From a virus (lineage: Duplodnaviria > Caudoviricetes): a DNA stretch of 30,162 bases. The position numbers and the translations under genes are program-made. The DNA lies in the IMG/VR virus record IMGVR_UViG_3300020043_001170, positions 1 through 30,162 of that record; one strand, given 5' to 3'. The notes under the pieces were generated by a model. The model saw only the letters and a list, made by a program, of their open reading frames with translations. It made no database searches and was not told the DNA's origin. Numbering within the stretch: position 1 is the first letter of the stretch; each line of letters begins with the position of its first letter. Shown piece by piece: positions 7,920 to 15,795 of this stretch.

Positions 7920-8048
7920 ATGAATTTAACTGAAGAACAATTAAAAGAAATTTTGGCTTACTTACAAGAGTTGCCAACTAAATACGCTTTGCCTTTGATT
8001 CAGTATTTAGATAAAATCGCAAACGAACAAAAGACGGAAAATGATTAA
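7920..8048 (+). CDS. 42-aa helical peptide, possible fibre chaperone
   Basis: Manually translated MNLTEEQLKEILAYLQELPTKYALPLIQYLDKIANEQKTEND; tightly packed between neighbours. Confidence 0.65.
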   Translation: MNLTEEQLKEILAYLQELPTKYALPLIQYLDKIANEQKTEND

Positions 8049-8208
8049 CCACTTACGCGGACTTTCTTTACTTTATTACATACTATCTTACACGGGTGTT
8101 TTGATAGCCTTATTCGAAGCGCCCTATATTTTTTTCAAACTATTTGCTTTAGGTTATGGAACGTATATAACGTTTCAACTTTTGAACTATTACCACAATG
8201 AAAACTAA
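8041..8208 (+). CDS. 55-aa hydrophobic membrane protein upstream of holin
   Basis: Manually translated MINHLRGLSLLYYILSYTGVLIALFEAPYIFFKLFALGYGTYITFQLLNYYHNEN; overlaps both neighbours. Confidence 0.6.
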   Translation: MINHLRGLSLLYYILSYTGVLIALFEAPYIFFKLFALGYGTYITFQLLNYYHNEN

Positions 8209-8617
8209 ACTACTTTTACTTTTAATTTCGCTATTATCTATTCTTGCTCCTGTTAAAGGAATGGTATTAATTACAATTCTTTTTATATGGGTTGATTTAT
8301 GCGCAGGGATATGGCGAAGTAAAAAGTTAAAGTTGCCGTTACGATCACGTGGCTTCGCACGTACGATTTCAAAAACCTTACTTTACGTTGGTGCGATCGT
8401 TTGCGTTTTCTTCCTTGAGAAATACGTTCTAGAAGATTTAATCGGATTGTTTGTTAGTGTGGATTTAGTGTTAACCAAGGCTTTTACGTTTTACTGCGTT
8501 TTCACGGAGTTAAAATCAATTAATGAAAGTTATTACGATGTAACAAAGAAAGACGTTCTAAAATCATTTAAAGAGTTCATAACGGCTAAAAAACAAGAAT
8601 GGGATGAGTTCAAATAA
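8198..8617 (+). CDS. Holin (Phage_holin_4_1-like)
   Basis: Several TM segments; D...GI..S, S.G..RT..K...Y and E.KSI.E pattern; precedes the endolysin. Confidence 0.8.
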   Translation: MKTKLLLLLISLLSILAPVKGMVLITILFIWVDLCAGIWRSKKLKLPLRSRGFARTISKTLLYVGAIVCVFFLEKYVLEDLIGLFVSVDLVLTKAFTFYCVFTELKSINESYYDVTKKDVLKSFKEFITAKKQEWDEFK

Positions 8618-9260
8618 ACTAGACATTCAAAAGATAGTCCAACACCGACTAAAAAAAGGTCAATTCTTCGAAGAAGCAAGCGACAAAACACAAATATATT
8701 TACACCATACCGCAGGGAACGGAAACGCTGAAGGAGTTGCACGTTTTTGGAATAGCAACGAATCGCAAATAGCAACCGCATTCGTGGTAGGAGAAAATGG
8801 AACGATCGTACAATGTTTTTCTTCAAAGCATTGGGCGTGGCACTTGGGTATTGATTCCGAAGACTTTTCGCGTATGGGTTCGAAATATAAAAACCTAAAT
8901 AAATTAAGCGTAGGTATTGAAGTTTGTAATTGGGGAATGCTCAAAGAAAAAAACGGCAAATTTTATAACTACGTTGGTGGGGTTGTTAATCCGTCTTACG
9001 TTACGACATTAGAAGAACCTTACAAAGGTTACAAACATTGGTATAGATACACGGACGCTCAAATAGAATCAACGCGCCAACTTGTTGAGTACCTTTGCGA
9101 AACTTACGACATACCTAAAGAATATAGAAAGGAAATTTGGAGTTTAGATAAAGCAGCCTTTGACGGAAAAAAAGGAATCTTTACCCACAACTCAGTAAGA
9201 AAAGATAAAGCGGATATTTACCCGTGTCCACGTATGATTAAAATGCTTCAAAGTTTATGA
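8604..9260 (+). CDS. Endolysin, N-acetylmuramoyl-L-alanine amidase (Amidase_2)
   Basis: IYLHHTAG, WAWH, SVGIE, YTDAQ and THNSVRKDKADIYP motifs. Confidence 0.9.
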   Translation: MSSNKLDIQKIVQHRLKKGQFFEEASDKTQIYLHHTAGNGNAEGVARFWNSNESQIATAFVVGENGTIVQCFSSKHWAWHLGIDSEDFSRMGSKYKNLNKLSVGIEVCNWGMLKEKNGKFYNYVGGVVNPSYVTTLEEPYKGYKHWYRYTDAQIESTRQLVEYLCETYDIPKEYRKEIWSLDKAAFDGKKGIFTHNSVRKDKADIYPCPRMIKMLQSL

Positions 9261-9724
9261 AATATCTAATAGTCATTTTAAGCGTTTTAACGCTGTTTTC
9301 GTGTTCAAGTGAACGCAAAGCACAATACCACTACAAAAAAGCGCTTAAACACGGCCTAAAGGTGGTTAACGATAGCGACACGATACGGATAACTACTTTG
9401 GATTCGTTCCCCGTAATAAAAAACGACACGATAATTTGGGAAAAGTTTATAACTACTAAAGACACAATTATAAATTTTCGAAACGTTTATGTTCCAAGAA
9501 CAAAATTTCAGGAAAGAATCGCTTATAAGGAACGAATTAAAACGCTTCGGATTGAAGGTAAGACAAAATGGAAGACCGCGAAGGCCGTTCAGGTTGTTAA
9601 ATACCGCACAAATTGGTGGGTAGTTTTGATTGCTTTTGTACTCGGATTCGTTCTTAGATTTATCTTGAATTCTACTTTTATTTCGCGAGTTCGATTATTC
9701 TTCCGATATTTCGGGCAAATTTAA
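9257..9724 (+). CDS. Lipoprotein with C-terminal TM helix; putative unimolecular spanin
   Basis: Signal peptide plus lipobox LFSC; C-terminal WWVVLIAFVLGFVLRFIL; follows the endolysin. Confidence 0.6.
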   Translation: MKYLIVILSVLTLFSCSSERKAQYHYKKALKHGLKVVNDSDTIRITTLDSFPVIKNDTIIWEKFITTKDTIINFRNVYVPRTKFQERIAYKERIKTLRIEGKTKWKTAKAVQVVKYRTNWWVVLIAFVLGFVLRFILNSTFISRVRLFFRYFGQI

Positions 9725-9728
9725 CGTT

Positions 9729-10595
9729 ATGAATTTAATTAAACACGGACGTAACGTCCACGAACTGCAACTTGAAGGCAAACAAGTTCACGTAGCTATG
9801 TTATCGGACTTACATTGGGATAACCCTAAATGCGATAGGCAGCTACTCAAAAAACATTTAGACTTTTGTAAAGATAATAATATACCCGTAATTATAAACG
9901 GGGACTTCTTTTGCCTTATGCAAGGACGCGGAGATAATCGCCGAAATAAATCGGACATTAGGCAAGAACACAACAACGCAAGATATTTAGATTCGATTGT
10001 AGAAACGGCTTCGGAATGGTTCAAACCTTACGCGGATATCATTAAGGTAATAGGCTACGGAAACCACGAAACGGGAATAATAAAATATCAAGAAACGGAC
10101 TTACTCCAAAGGTTTGTAGACCTACTTAACTATAAATGTGGTTCAAGTGTTCAAACGGGCGGTTATGGCGGTTGGGTAATTATTCGGCAAACATTCCATA
10201 GCAACGCGCAAATAACAACTAAGGTAAAATACTACCACGGAAGCGGTGGAGGTGGTGTAGTTACCAAAGGCGCATTAAACCTTACTAGAGCGTTAGAAAT
10301 GTACGAAGACTTTGACGTGTTCACTATGGGGCACATACACGAAAATAGTTCACGTAACGATGTTAGGGAAACAATTAAGCACAATTCTAAAACGGGTTAC
10401 TCAATTAAACAAAAGCAACTCCACTTAATGTTAACGGGAACGTACAAAGAAGAATACGGCGAAGGCGCATACGGTTGGCACGTTGAACGTGGCGCACCAC
10501 CAAAGCCATTAGGCGGTCGAATTCTTAAAATCGAATGCAAAGAAGTTGATAAGTTAATAGTAAAGAATATCGATAGTTTCAAATTTCCGTTGTAA
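9729..10595 (+). CDS. Calcineurin-like metallophosphoesterase
   Basis: SDLH, NGD, GNHE, YHG and GHIH motifs in canonical order. Confidence 0.9.
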   Translation: MNLIKHGRNVHELQLEGKQVHVAMLSDLHWDNPKCDRQLLKKHLDFCKDNNIPVIINGDFFCLMQGRGDNRRNKSDIRQEHNNARYLDSIVETASEWFKPYADIIKVIGYGNHETGIIKYQETDLLQRFVDLLNYKCGSSVQTGGYGGWVIIRQTFHSNAQITTKVKYYHGSGGGGVVTKGALNLTRALEMYEDFDVFTMGHIHENSSRNDVRETIKHNSKTGYSIKQKQLHLMLTGTYKEEYGEGAYGWHVERGAPPKPLGGRILKIECKEVDKLIVKNIDSFKFPL

Positions 10596-10644
10596 GTTTG
10601 CGCATAGCGTTTTTAATTAGGGGGGGTAGTAATACCCCTTTTTT
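10593..10644 (+). ncRNA. Candidate small antisense RNA with possible own promoter (TAAGTTTG) and terminator (GGGGTA-GTAA-TACCCC-T6)
   Basis: CATAGCGTTTTTAATTAG is complementary to start regions at 10815, 13046, 15851 and 16137; terminator clear; sRNA role is inference. Confidence 0.5.
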
Positions 10645-10747
10645 CGTTTATAGGCTTGTTTTATTAGGCTTTCCGTAAGTTTATACGCTTATTTCTTATT
10701 TAGAATCATTATAAATTATTGAAAAGTGAAAAAAATTTGTTCAAAAG

Positions 10748-10779
10748 TTTGGTGGATTGAAACTTAGTATTTATATTTG
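10748..10779 (+). promoter_or_regulatory. Bacteroidota housekeeping-sigma promoter (early)
   Basis: TTTG-N20-TATATTTG matches the -33/-7 consensus TTTG...TAnnTTTG. Confidence 0.85.
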
Positions 10780-10814
10780 CGTATGATTATTAACGAACAA
10801 AAACAAAAAACGCT

Positions 10815-10994
10815 ATGGAAAAACAAGAAATGATTAACGAGATTTTAGCTTACGAACAGGAGTTAAAATTCATTTACGAAGAATGTAAAAACGCATTCGG
10901 CCATTTAGACAATGACACGCAAAGCGCATTCAAAGAATGGAACACAATAGATATATTATTAACACGCTTAAACTTAAAAAATGAAACGATTTAG
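10815..10994 (+). CDS. First early protein (59 aa), hypothetical
   Basis: Manually translated MEKQEMINEILAYEQELKF...; A-rich initiation region after the promoter. Confidence 0.7.
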   Translation: MEKQEMINEILAYEQELKFIYEECKNAFGHLDNDTQSAFKEWNTIDILLTRLNLKNETI

Positions 10995-11118
10995 AGACTT
11001 TTATAACGAGTTAGACAACGAAGGAAAATTATTGCTTATCGCGATACGCGATTTTATTTTACTATTCGGAACGCTTTTTATTTCACTTTTATTAATCGCT
11101 TATTTTATAATCTTATGA
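10981..11118 (+). CDS. 45-aa single-TM early membrane peptide
   Basis: MKRFRDFYNELDNEGKLLLIAIRDFILLFGTLFISLLLIAYFIIL; ATGA-coupled to 11115. Confidence 0.65.
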   Translation: MKRFRDFYNELDNEGKLLLIAIRDFILLFGTLFISLLLIAYFIIL

Positions 11119-11426
11119 GAATAGAAACTCACTACCCGTTAGCGTACTTTTACGCAGATACCTTTGAAGGCGAATGTACCTTCGAATTATCAGTAGACGA
11201 AGACAATGATTTAATAGTAACAATTTGCACGGCTATTGCTTACCGTTCGGACTTGGAAATCGAATTAGAACACTTGCTAACCGAGTACGACTTGCAGTTG
11301 ATCGCAACGGAAATTTACCACGATTTGTTAAACTCGGATTTACACGAAGAATTTATACAAGCAGAATACAACACCAAATTACAAAACGCTTATGACAACG
11401 GAAAGAACTCAAGAAGGGAATATTGA
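11115..11426 (+). CDS. Acidic hypothetical early protein
   Basis: 103-aa ORF in a coupled operon. Confidence 0.7.
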   Translation: MRIETHYPLAYFYADTFEGECTFELSVDEDNDLIVTICTAIAYRSDLEIELEHLLTEYDLQLIATEIYHDLLNSDLHEEFIQAEYNTKLQNAYDNGKNSRREY

Positions 11427-11619
11427 TTTACTAGACCAAGTTCGTTGGTGGGTAAGTGGCGGTGGTGCTATACATAAAAACGGACACTTCGATTTTAACC
11501 ATTATTGTAACATTATAAAAATAAAAAATGAAAGAATACGCTATAACACATTGGTTTCAGGAAACCCCGAAATCAAAACGCAAACAACGAACAACAATAG
11601 TTCAAGCCTACGACACTAA
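11392..11619 (+). CDS. Hypothetical early protein
   Basis: 75-aa ORF overlapping both neighbours. Confidence 0.55.
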   Translation: MTTERTQEGNIDLLDQVRWWVSGGGAIHKNGHFDFNHYCNIIKIKNERIRYNTLVSGNPEIKTQTTNNNSSSLRH

Positions 11620-11686
11620 CCACGCTATCTTGGTATTGGATATTTGGAAACCTTTAATAATTAAAATCAATGCAACTAAAAAATAA
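11528..11686 (+). CDS. 52-aa hypothetical protein
   Basis: Manually translated MKEYAITHWFQETPKSKRKQRTTIVQAYDTNHAILVLDIWKPLIIKINATKK; A-rich start context. Confidence 0.55.
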   Translation: MKEYAITHWFQETPKSKRKQRTTIVQAYDTNHAILVLDIWKPLIIKINATKK

Positions 11687-12077
11687 ATTTACCACACTAA
11701 TCGAAGACAACGATTTACGCAAACGTAGCAGAAAACGAAAGTACGTTAACCAACGAGGTTACATAATTAAGTTGATGAGACATTACGGATTCAGTTACAT
11801 AGAAATCGGAGAAATGTTAGGACTTAACCACGCGACTTGTATACACGCTTTTAATAACGCTAATTTGTGGGAATCAATAAATGACCGACACTTCTTTAAC
11901 GATACGGAACACCTACGCGCAGAAATGAATAATTACAAAATAACGCGATCATTAAACGATTTGTACCTAGACGTTAAAAGCGCAGGTGGATTAAAAGACC
12001 TTGAGAACATTCAGGAACGAATGCGAAGAGGAGAATACCAAATAAATTTTATTTACGAAGAACATAATTTGAATTAA
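11670..12077 (+). CDS. DnaA C-terminal-like HTH DNA-binding protein
   Basis: SRKRKYV..R...S..EIG..LG.NHAT.IH resembles the Bac_DnaA_C HTH. Confidence 0.7.
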   Translation: MQLKNKFTTLIEDNDLRKRSRKRKYVNQRGYIIKLMRHYGFSYIEIGEMLGLNHATCIHAFNNANLWESINDRHFFNDTEHLRAEMNNYKITRSLNDLYLDVKSAGGLKDLENIQERMRRGEYQINFIYEEHNLN

Positions 12078-12090
12078 ATAGTTATATTTG
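12062..12090 (+). promoter_or_regulatory. Promoter: TATATTTG (-7 box) overlapping an ACA-N14-TAGTTAT motif
   Basis: TATATTTG at 12083-12090; ACA at 12062-12064 and TAGTTAT at 12079-12085; no clear -33 box. Confidence 0.6.
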
Positions 12091-12093
12091 TAC

Positions 12094-12185
12094 TATGGTT
12101 CGGTCTCACAATATAGAACATAAAGAAGTTATTAACCCTGCTAATGACGTGGACGTGAGACCCTGCGAAGTTAGTGGGGTTTTTT
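12094..12185 (+). ncRNA. Structured leader RNA: two hairpins with complementary loops, ending in a terminator
   Basis: GGTCTCAC (12102-12109) pairs with GTGAGACC (12155-12162); stem AACCCTGCTAA/TTAGTGGGGTT followed by a T run. Confidence 0.7.
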
Positions 12186-12205
12186 ATTTATTAAAAATTT
12201 AAGTT

Positions 12206-12379
12206 ATGATTTACTTACAACAAAAAATTGTTTTTGAAAATTGCGAAATTTTTGTTACTGTTAATGAAAAAGATAAAAAGGTAGTAATTGAAATTAATAG
12301 CCAAGAAGCCGAATTAAGCTACGAAGAATTTTATCAATTTGTTAGTATTCTAGAAAAAATCAAACCCGTAAAAGGATGA
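12206..12379 (+). CDS. 57-aa hypothetical protein
   Basis: Manually translated MIYLQQKIVFENCEIF...; ATGA-coupled to the initiator gene. Confidence 0.65.
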   Translation: MIYLQQKIVFENCEIFVTVNEKDKKVVIEINSQEAELSYEEFYQFVSILEKIKPVKG

Positions 12380-13032
12380 GCGGTTGGATTAAATTACATA
12401 GGTCGTTAAAAAATTGGGAATGGTATAGCGACCATAGCGCAACCCGTTTATTAGTTCATTTACTTGTTTCGGTAAATTACGAAAATAAGATGTGGAAAGG
12501 TCAAGAAGTTGAAGCAGGAACTTTAATAACAAGTTGGGAGAATTTAGCTTTAGAAACGGGACTTACTGTTAAGCAAGTTAGAACGGCAATGGCTAAATTA
12601 GAAAAGTCTAAAGAAGTGGCACGCTACGCGACAAACAAATGGCAGGCTATAACCCTTGTAAAATGGGACAAAATGCAATGCTTAGATACTAAGGAAGGGC
12701 AAGCAGAAGGGCAAACAAAGGGCAGGCAAAGGGCAACAACTAAAGAATATAAAGAAATTAAAGAAGAAAAGAATAATACATTCAATTTTTATGATTCGAT
12801 GGTTTCTTTTGGATTCGAGGAACAACTTGTTAAAGATTGGATACAAGTACGCAAGGTTAAAAAGGCTACAAACACCGAAACCGCGTTTAACGGATTTATA
12901 CGCGAAGTAAATAAAAACGAAAATAGTCCTAATTTTATACTAAAGAATTGCGTTGAAAGGAATTGGAGTGGATTCAAGTCCGAATGGCTACCTAAAGAAC
13001 AAACTGCCGAGAATACATTTTGTTGGCGCTAA
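12376..13032 (+). CDS. Replication initiator (lambda O / DnaD-like, winged HTH)
   Basis: N-terminal GWIKLHR motif; HTH LALETGLTVKQVRTAM..L; internal iteron-like repeats; upstream of helicase. Confidence 0.75.
   Translation: MSGWIKLHRSLKNWEWYSDHSATRLLVHLLVSVNYENKMWKGQEVEAGTLITSWENLALETGLTVKQVRTAMAKLEKSKEVARYATNKWQAITLVKWDKMQCLDTKEGQAEGQTKGRQRATTKEYKEIKEEKNNTFNFYDSMVSFGFEEQLVKDWIQVRKVKKATNTETAFNGFIREVNKNENSPNFILKNCVERNWSGFKSEWLPKEQTAENTFCWR
12695..12780. repeat. Putative replication origin: 4x AAGGGCA iterons plus A-rich tract
   Basis: Copies at 12695, 12707, 12718 and 12729 (12/11/11 spacing), followed by ~40 nt of A-rich sequence. Confidence 0.6.
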
Positions 13033-13045
13033 TTAAAAACGAACT

Positions 13046-13936
13046 ATGAAAGGATTTAAGATAACAAAAGCACACGAAGTAATTGACGATTTATTTCGAT
13101 ATAGAAATAACTACCACGAAAAAGGTAAATACTTAGGCTTCGAAGGAATGGACGAATACTATTCGATGAGTTTAGGAAATTGCACGGATTGGACGGGATT
13201 TCCGATGTCGGGTAAAACTCAAGTTCTTATGGAATGTTTAATGAATACAAGCCGTTTTTATGGTTGGAAACATTTAGTATATTTCCCTGACGTAGGTTCG
13301 AACGTGGAAATTATCGCGGACTTGATCAATAAGAAAACAGGTAAAAGTTTCGACCCAAGTGCGTACAATGTAATTACGGATGATGAAATTTTACAAGCTA
13401 TCGAATGGATAACGCATCATTTTAAGGTACTAACGCGAAGCGATATTAAGGCGAAAATGACACCTATCGAGTTTTGGGATTACGCGGTGCAACTAAAAAA
13501 AGACGAAGGACTTGAAACGGCTTCGATAGATTCTTGGAAGGACTTAAACCACCCTTACAACGATTACGGTGGTTATGCTCAATATTTAGAGTTCGTGTTG
13601 CCGTATCGAAACCAAATCGCAGAAGACAACGACTTACACTTACATACAATTATTCACCCAAAGCTAACGGAAAAGGAAAACGGAAAACGAAGCGCGCCCG
13701 TTCCTTATGACTTAAAGGGTGGTTCGGAATGGTTTAATTCGGGAAAATGTATGATAACAGTACACCGAGATGACCCAACGTTTTACAAAGCGGAATTGTA
13801 CTTCAATAAGATTAAACCGCGCTCAAACGGGAAGATAGGTAAACACGAAATCTTTTTCGATAAAGAAAAATTAGTTTACTTTGAGCAAGAACAACACGGG
13901 AACACATTAATTAAAAAATACGCTAAAGCAAAATAA
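13046..13936 (+). CDS. Replicative helicase, RecA-fold SF4 (DnaB/Twinkle-like)
   Basis: Walker A TGFPMSGKT; ASIDSW; IHPK; YDLKGGSEWFN; ITVHR. Confidence 0.8.
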   Translation: MKGFKITKAHEVIDDLFRYRNNYHEKGKYLGFEGMDEYYSMSLGNCTDWTGFPMSGKTQVLMECLMNTSRFYGWKHLVYFPDVGSNVEIIADLINKKTGKSFDPSAYNVITDDEILQAIEWITHHFKVLTRSDIKAKMTPIEFWDYAVQLKKDEGLETASIDSWKDLNHPYNDYGGYAQYLEFVLPYRNQIAEDNDLHLHTIIHPKLTEKENGKRSAPVPYDLKGGSEWFNSGKCMITVHRDDPTFYKAELYFNKIKPRSNGKIGKHEIFFDKEKLVYFEQEQHGNTLIKKYAKAK

Positions 13937-14226
13937 TGGACGATTTCACAACACTACGAGCGCAAGTTTTACTTTCTCACACTTACTTAAAGATTCAGGG
14001 AAGTTTGAATGAAATAAAAGCGAAGAACCCTAATAGAACCGACTTAATAGATAGTATGGAAGAAACTTTAGAACATTTACAAGAATGTAAAGTTTATTGG
14101 AATCAACTCGAACAAGAATACCGAGCGTTGCGCCAAAATGCGTATAGATTAGAATTAGTTAACTTGGACTTAAAGACGGAAAATAATCGCTTAGAATCCA
14201 TTAATAAAGCCTTAAATTACGAATAA
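13936..14226 (+). CDS. Coiled-coil hypothetical protein
   Basis: 96 aa, coupled by TAATG on both sides. Confidence 0.7.
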   Translation: MDDFTTLRAQVLLSHTYLKIQGSLNEIKAKNPNRTDLIDSMEETLEHLQECKVYWNQLEQEYRALRQNAYRLELVNLDLKTENNRLESINKALNYE

Positions 14227-14853
14227 TGAAAATAACAAACGAAGATAATATAGAATTGATGTCAAGGTATCCCGACAAATACTTCGACTTAGCAATAGTT
14301 GACCCACCGTATGGTATTGGAATTGACGGTCAAAAGAAAAGTATTAATAAAAACCCTAAACATAATCGAAAAGAACATTCAAGAAAAAATTGGGATAAAG
14401 CAATACCTGAAAAAAATTATTTTGACGAACTTTTTAGGGTTAGCAGAAATCAAATAATATGGGGGGGGGAATTATTTTACTGAATTCTTGAAGCCAACAA
14501 AAGCGTGGATTTTTTGGTACAAAGGACAAAATGACTTAACTATGTCTGACGGAGAAATGGCTTGGACTTCATTCGAGACGGTTACACGTCAAGTTGAAAT
14601 AAACCGAGCGCAATTAATTTTACAAAATACATTCCACCCAACTGAAAAACCTTATAAACTTTACAAATGGATTCTTGACAAATACGCTAAGCAAGGGGAT
14701 AAAATTTTAGACACTCATTTGGGTAGTGGCTCAATCGCGATAGCGTGCCACGATTACGGATTTGATTTAACCGCTTGTGAATTAGATTCGGAATACTACG
14801 AAAAAGCGATGAAAAGAATAAATAACCACATTTCGCAACAAAAATTATTTTAA
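14226..14853 (+). pseudogene. N6-adenine/N4-cytosine DNA methyltransferase (beta class), frameshifted at a G9 tract
   Basis: DPPY in the first ORF; HPTEKP and LDTHLGSGS in the second; removing one G at 14461-14469 restores IIWGGNYF and a 208-aa ORF. Confidence 0.85.
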
Positions 14854-15368
14854 TGAAGTGTAAGAACTGCAAAGCCGAATTCACTCCCGTTCGATTTAAT
14901 CAAAAGTATTGCTTTAATACTGATTGCGTCCGTGTTTGGGTAGAACTTGAAAAGGAAAAACAATGGAAGAAGAAAAAAAAGGTACTAAAAGACGAACTCC
15001 AAACGGTTCAGGAACTAACTAAACTTGCCCAAGTAGTGTTTAACAAGTACATAAGGCTACGAGACAAGGATAAACCTTGCGTAAGTTGCGGTTCTAAACT
15101 CGGTTCAAAGTTTGACGCAGGGCATTATTTTAGTAGTGGTGGACACAAAGCCGTTACATTCGATGAAAACAACGTCCACGGGCAATGCGTAACGTGCAAC
15201 CAACATAAACACGGAAACTTATTAAACTACCAAATAGGAATACAACAAAGAATAGGCGCGGATAAATTAATAGAACTCCACGCAAAAGCACACGAAACAC
15301 GAAAGTACACACGGGAAGAACTTAAAGAAATAATAAAAACATACAAACAAAAAATAAATGAGATTTGA
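14853..15368 (+). CDS. ninG: NinG/Rap-like recombination endonuclease
   Basis: N-terminal CxxC...C; FNKYIRLRD..PCVSCG; DAGHY; FDENNVHGQCVTCN. Confidence 0.85.
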   Translation: MKCKNCKAEFTPVRFNQKYCFNTDCVRVWVELEKEKQWKKKKKVLKDELQTVQELTKLAQVVFNKYIRLRDKDKPCVSCGSKLGSKFDAGHYFSSGGHKAVTFDENNVHGQCVTCNQHKHGNLLNYQIGIQQRIGADKLIELHAKAHETRKYTREELKEIIKTYKQKINEI

Positions 15369-15765
15369 AACGCTTAAAGACCTACAAAACGAATCCGAAG
15401 CAATAGCAATTTTTTGCGATCAATACGAATTAAGTTGCAGAAAACTAGATGAAAACGATATAGATTTTGAACTAATTAAAGACGAACGAATAATAGGTTA
15501 CGCAGAAGTAAAAGGAAGAAATAAAACAATACAGGAAGCATACCCTTTACCAATAGCCGTAAGAAAATTAGTTAAGCTAATGGATAAAAAGATAAACCCC
15601 GTAATTATTTGGAAGTGTTATGACGGCATTATTTACGGAAAACTAGAAAAACTTAAAGGAGAAATAAGAATAGGAGGTAGAAAACCGCGTGAACATTCCG
15701 TTAACGATATTGAGTTAATGGCCTATTTTGATAGGTCAAAGGAATTAATCGAAAAGAAATTTTAA
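15358..15765 (+). CDS. PD-(D/E)XK-fold nuclease-like protein
   Basis: IDF...YAEVKGR pattern. Confidence 0.55.
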   Translation: MRFETLKDLQNESEAIAIFCDQYELSCRKLDENDIDFELIKDERIIGYAEVKGRNKTIQEAYPLPIAVRKLVKLMDKKINPVIIWKCYDGIIYGKLEKLKGEIRIGGRKPREHSVNDIELMAYFDRSKELIEKKF

Positions 15766-15795
15766 CATTTTTTAACAAATAAATTATATCGAAGT

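Noticed and set aside
10579-10620. Element B (and A) read as starts of minus-strand genes
   Set aside because: B gives only MRKLTTEI-stop and A a ~36-codon antisense ORF inside the tail gene; no minus-strand promoter recognised, although not fully excluded
15761-15787. ACA...AAATTAT near 15765 and AAATTAT at 1090 as further late-promoter copies
   Set aside because: Spacing is 13 rather than 14 or the ACA is missing, and no ATG lies 6 nt downstream
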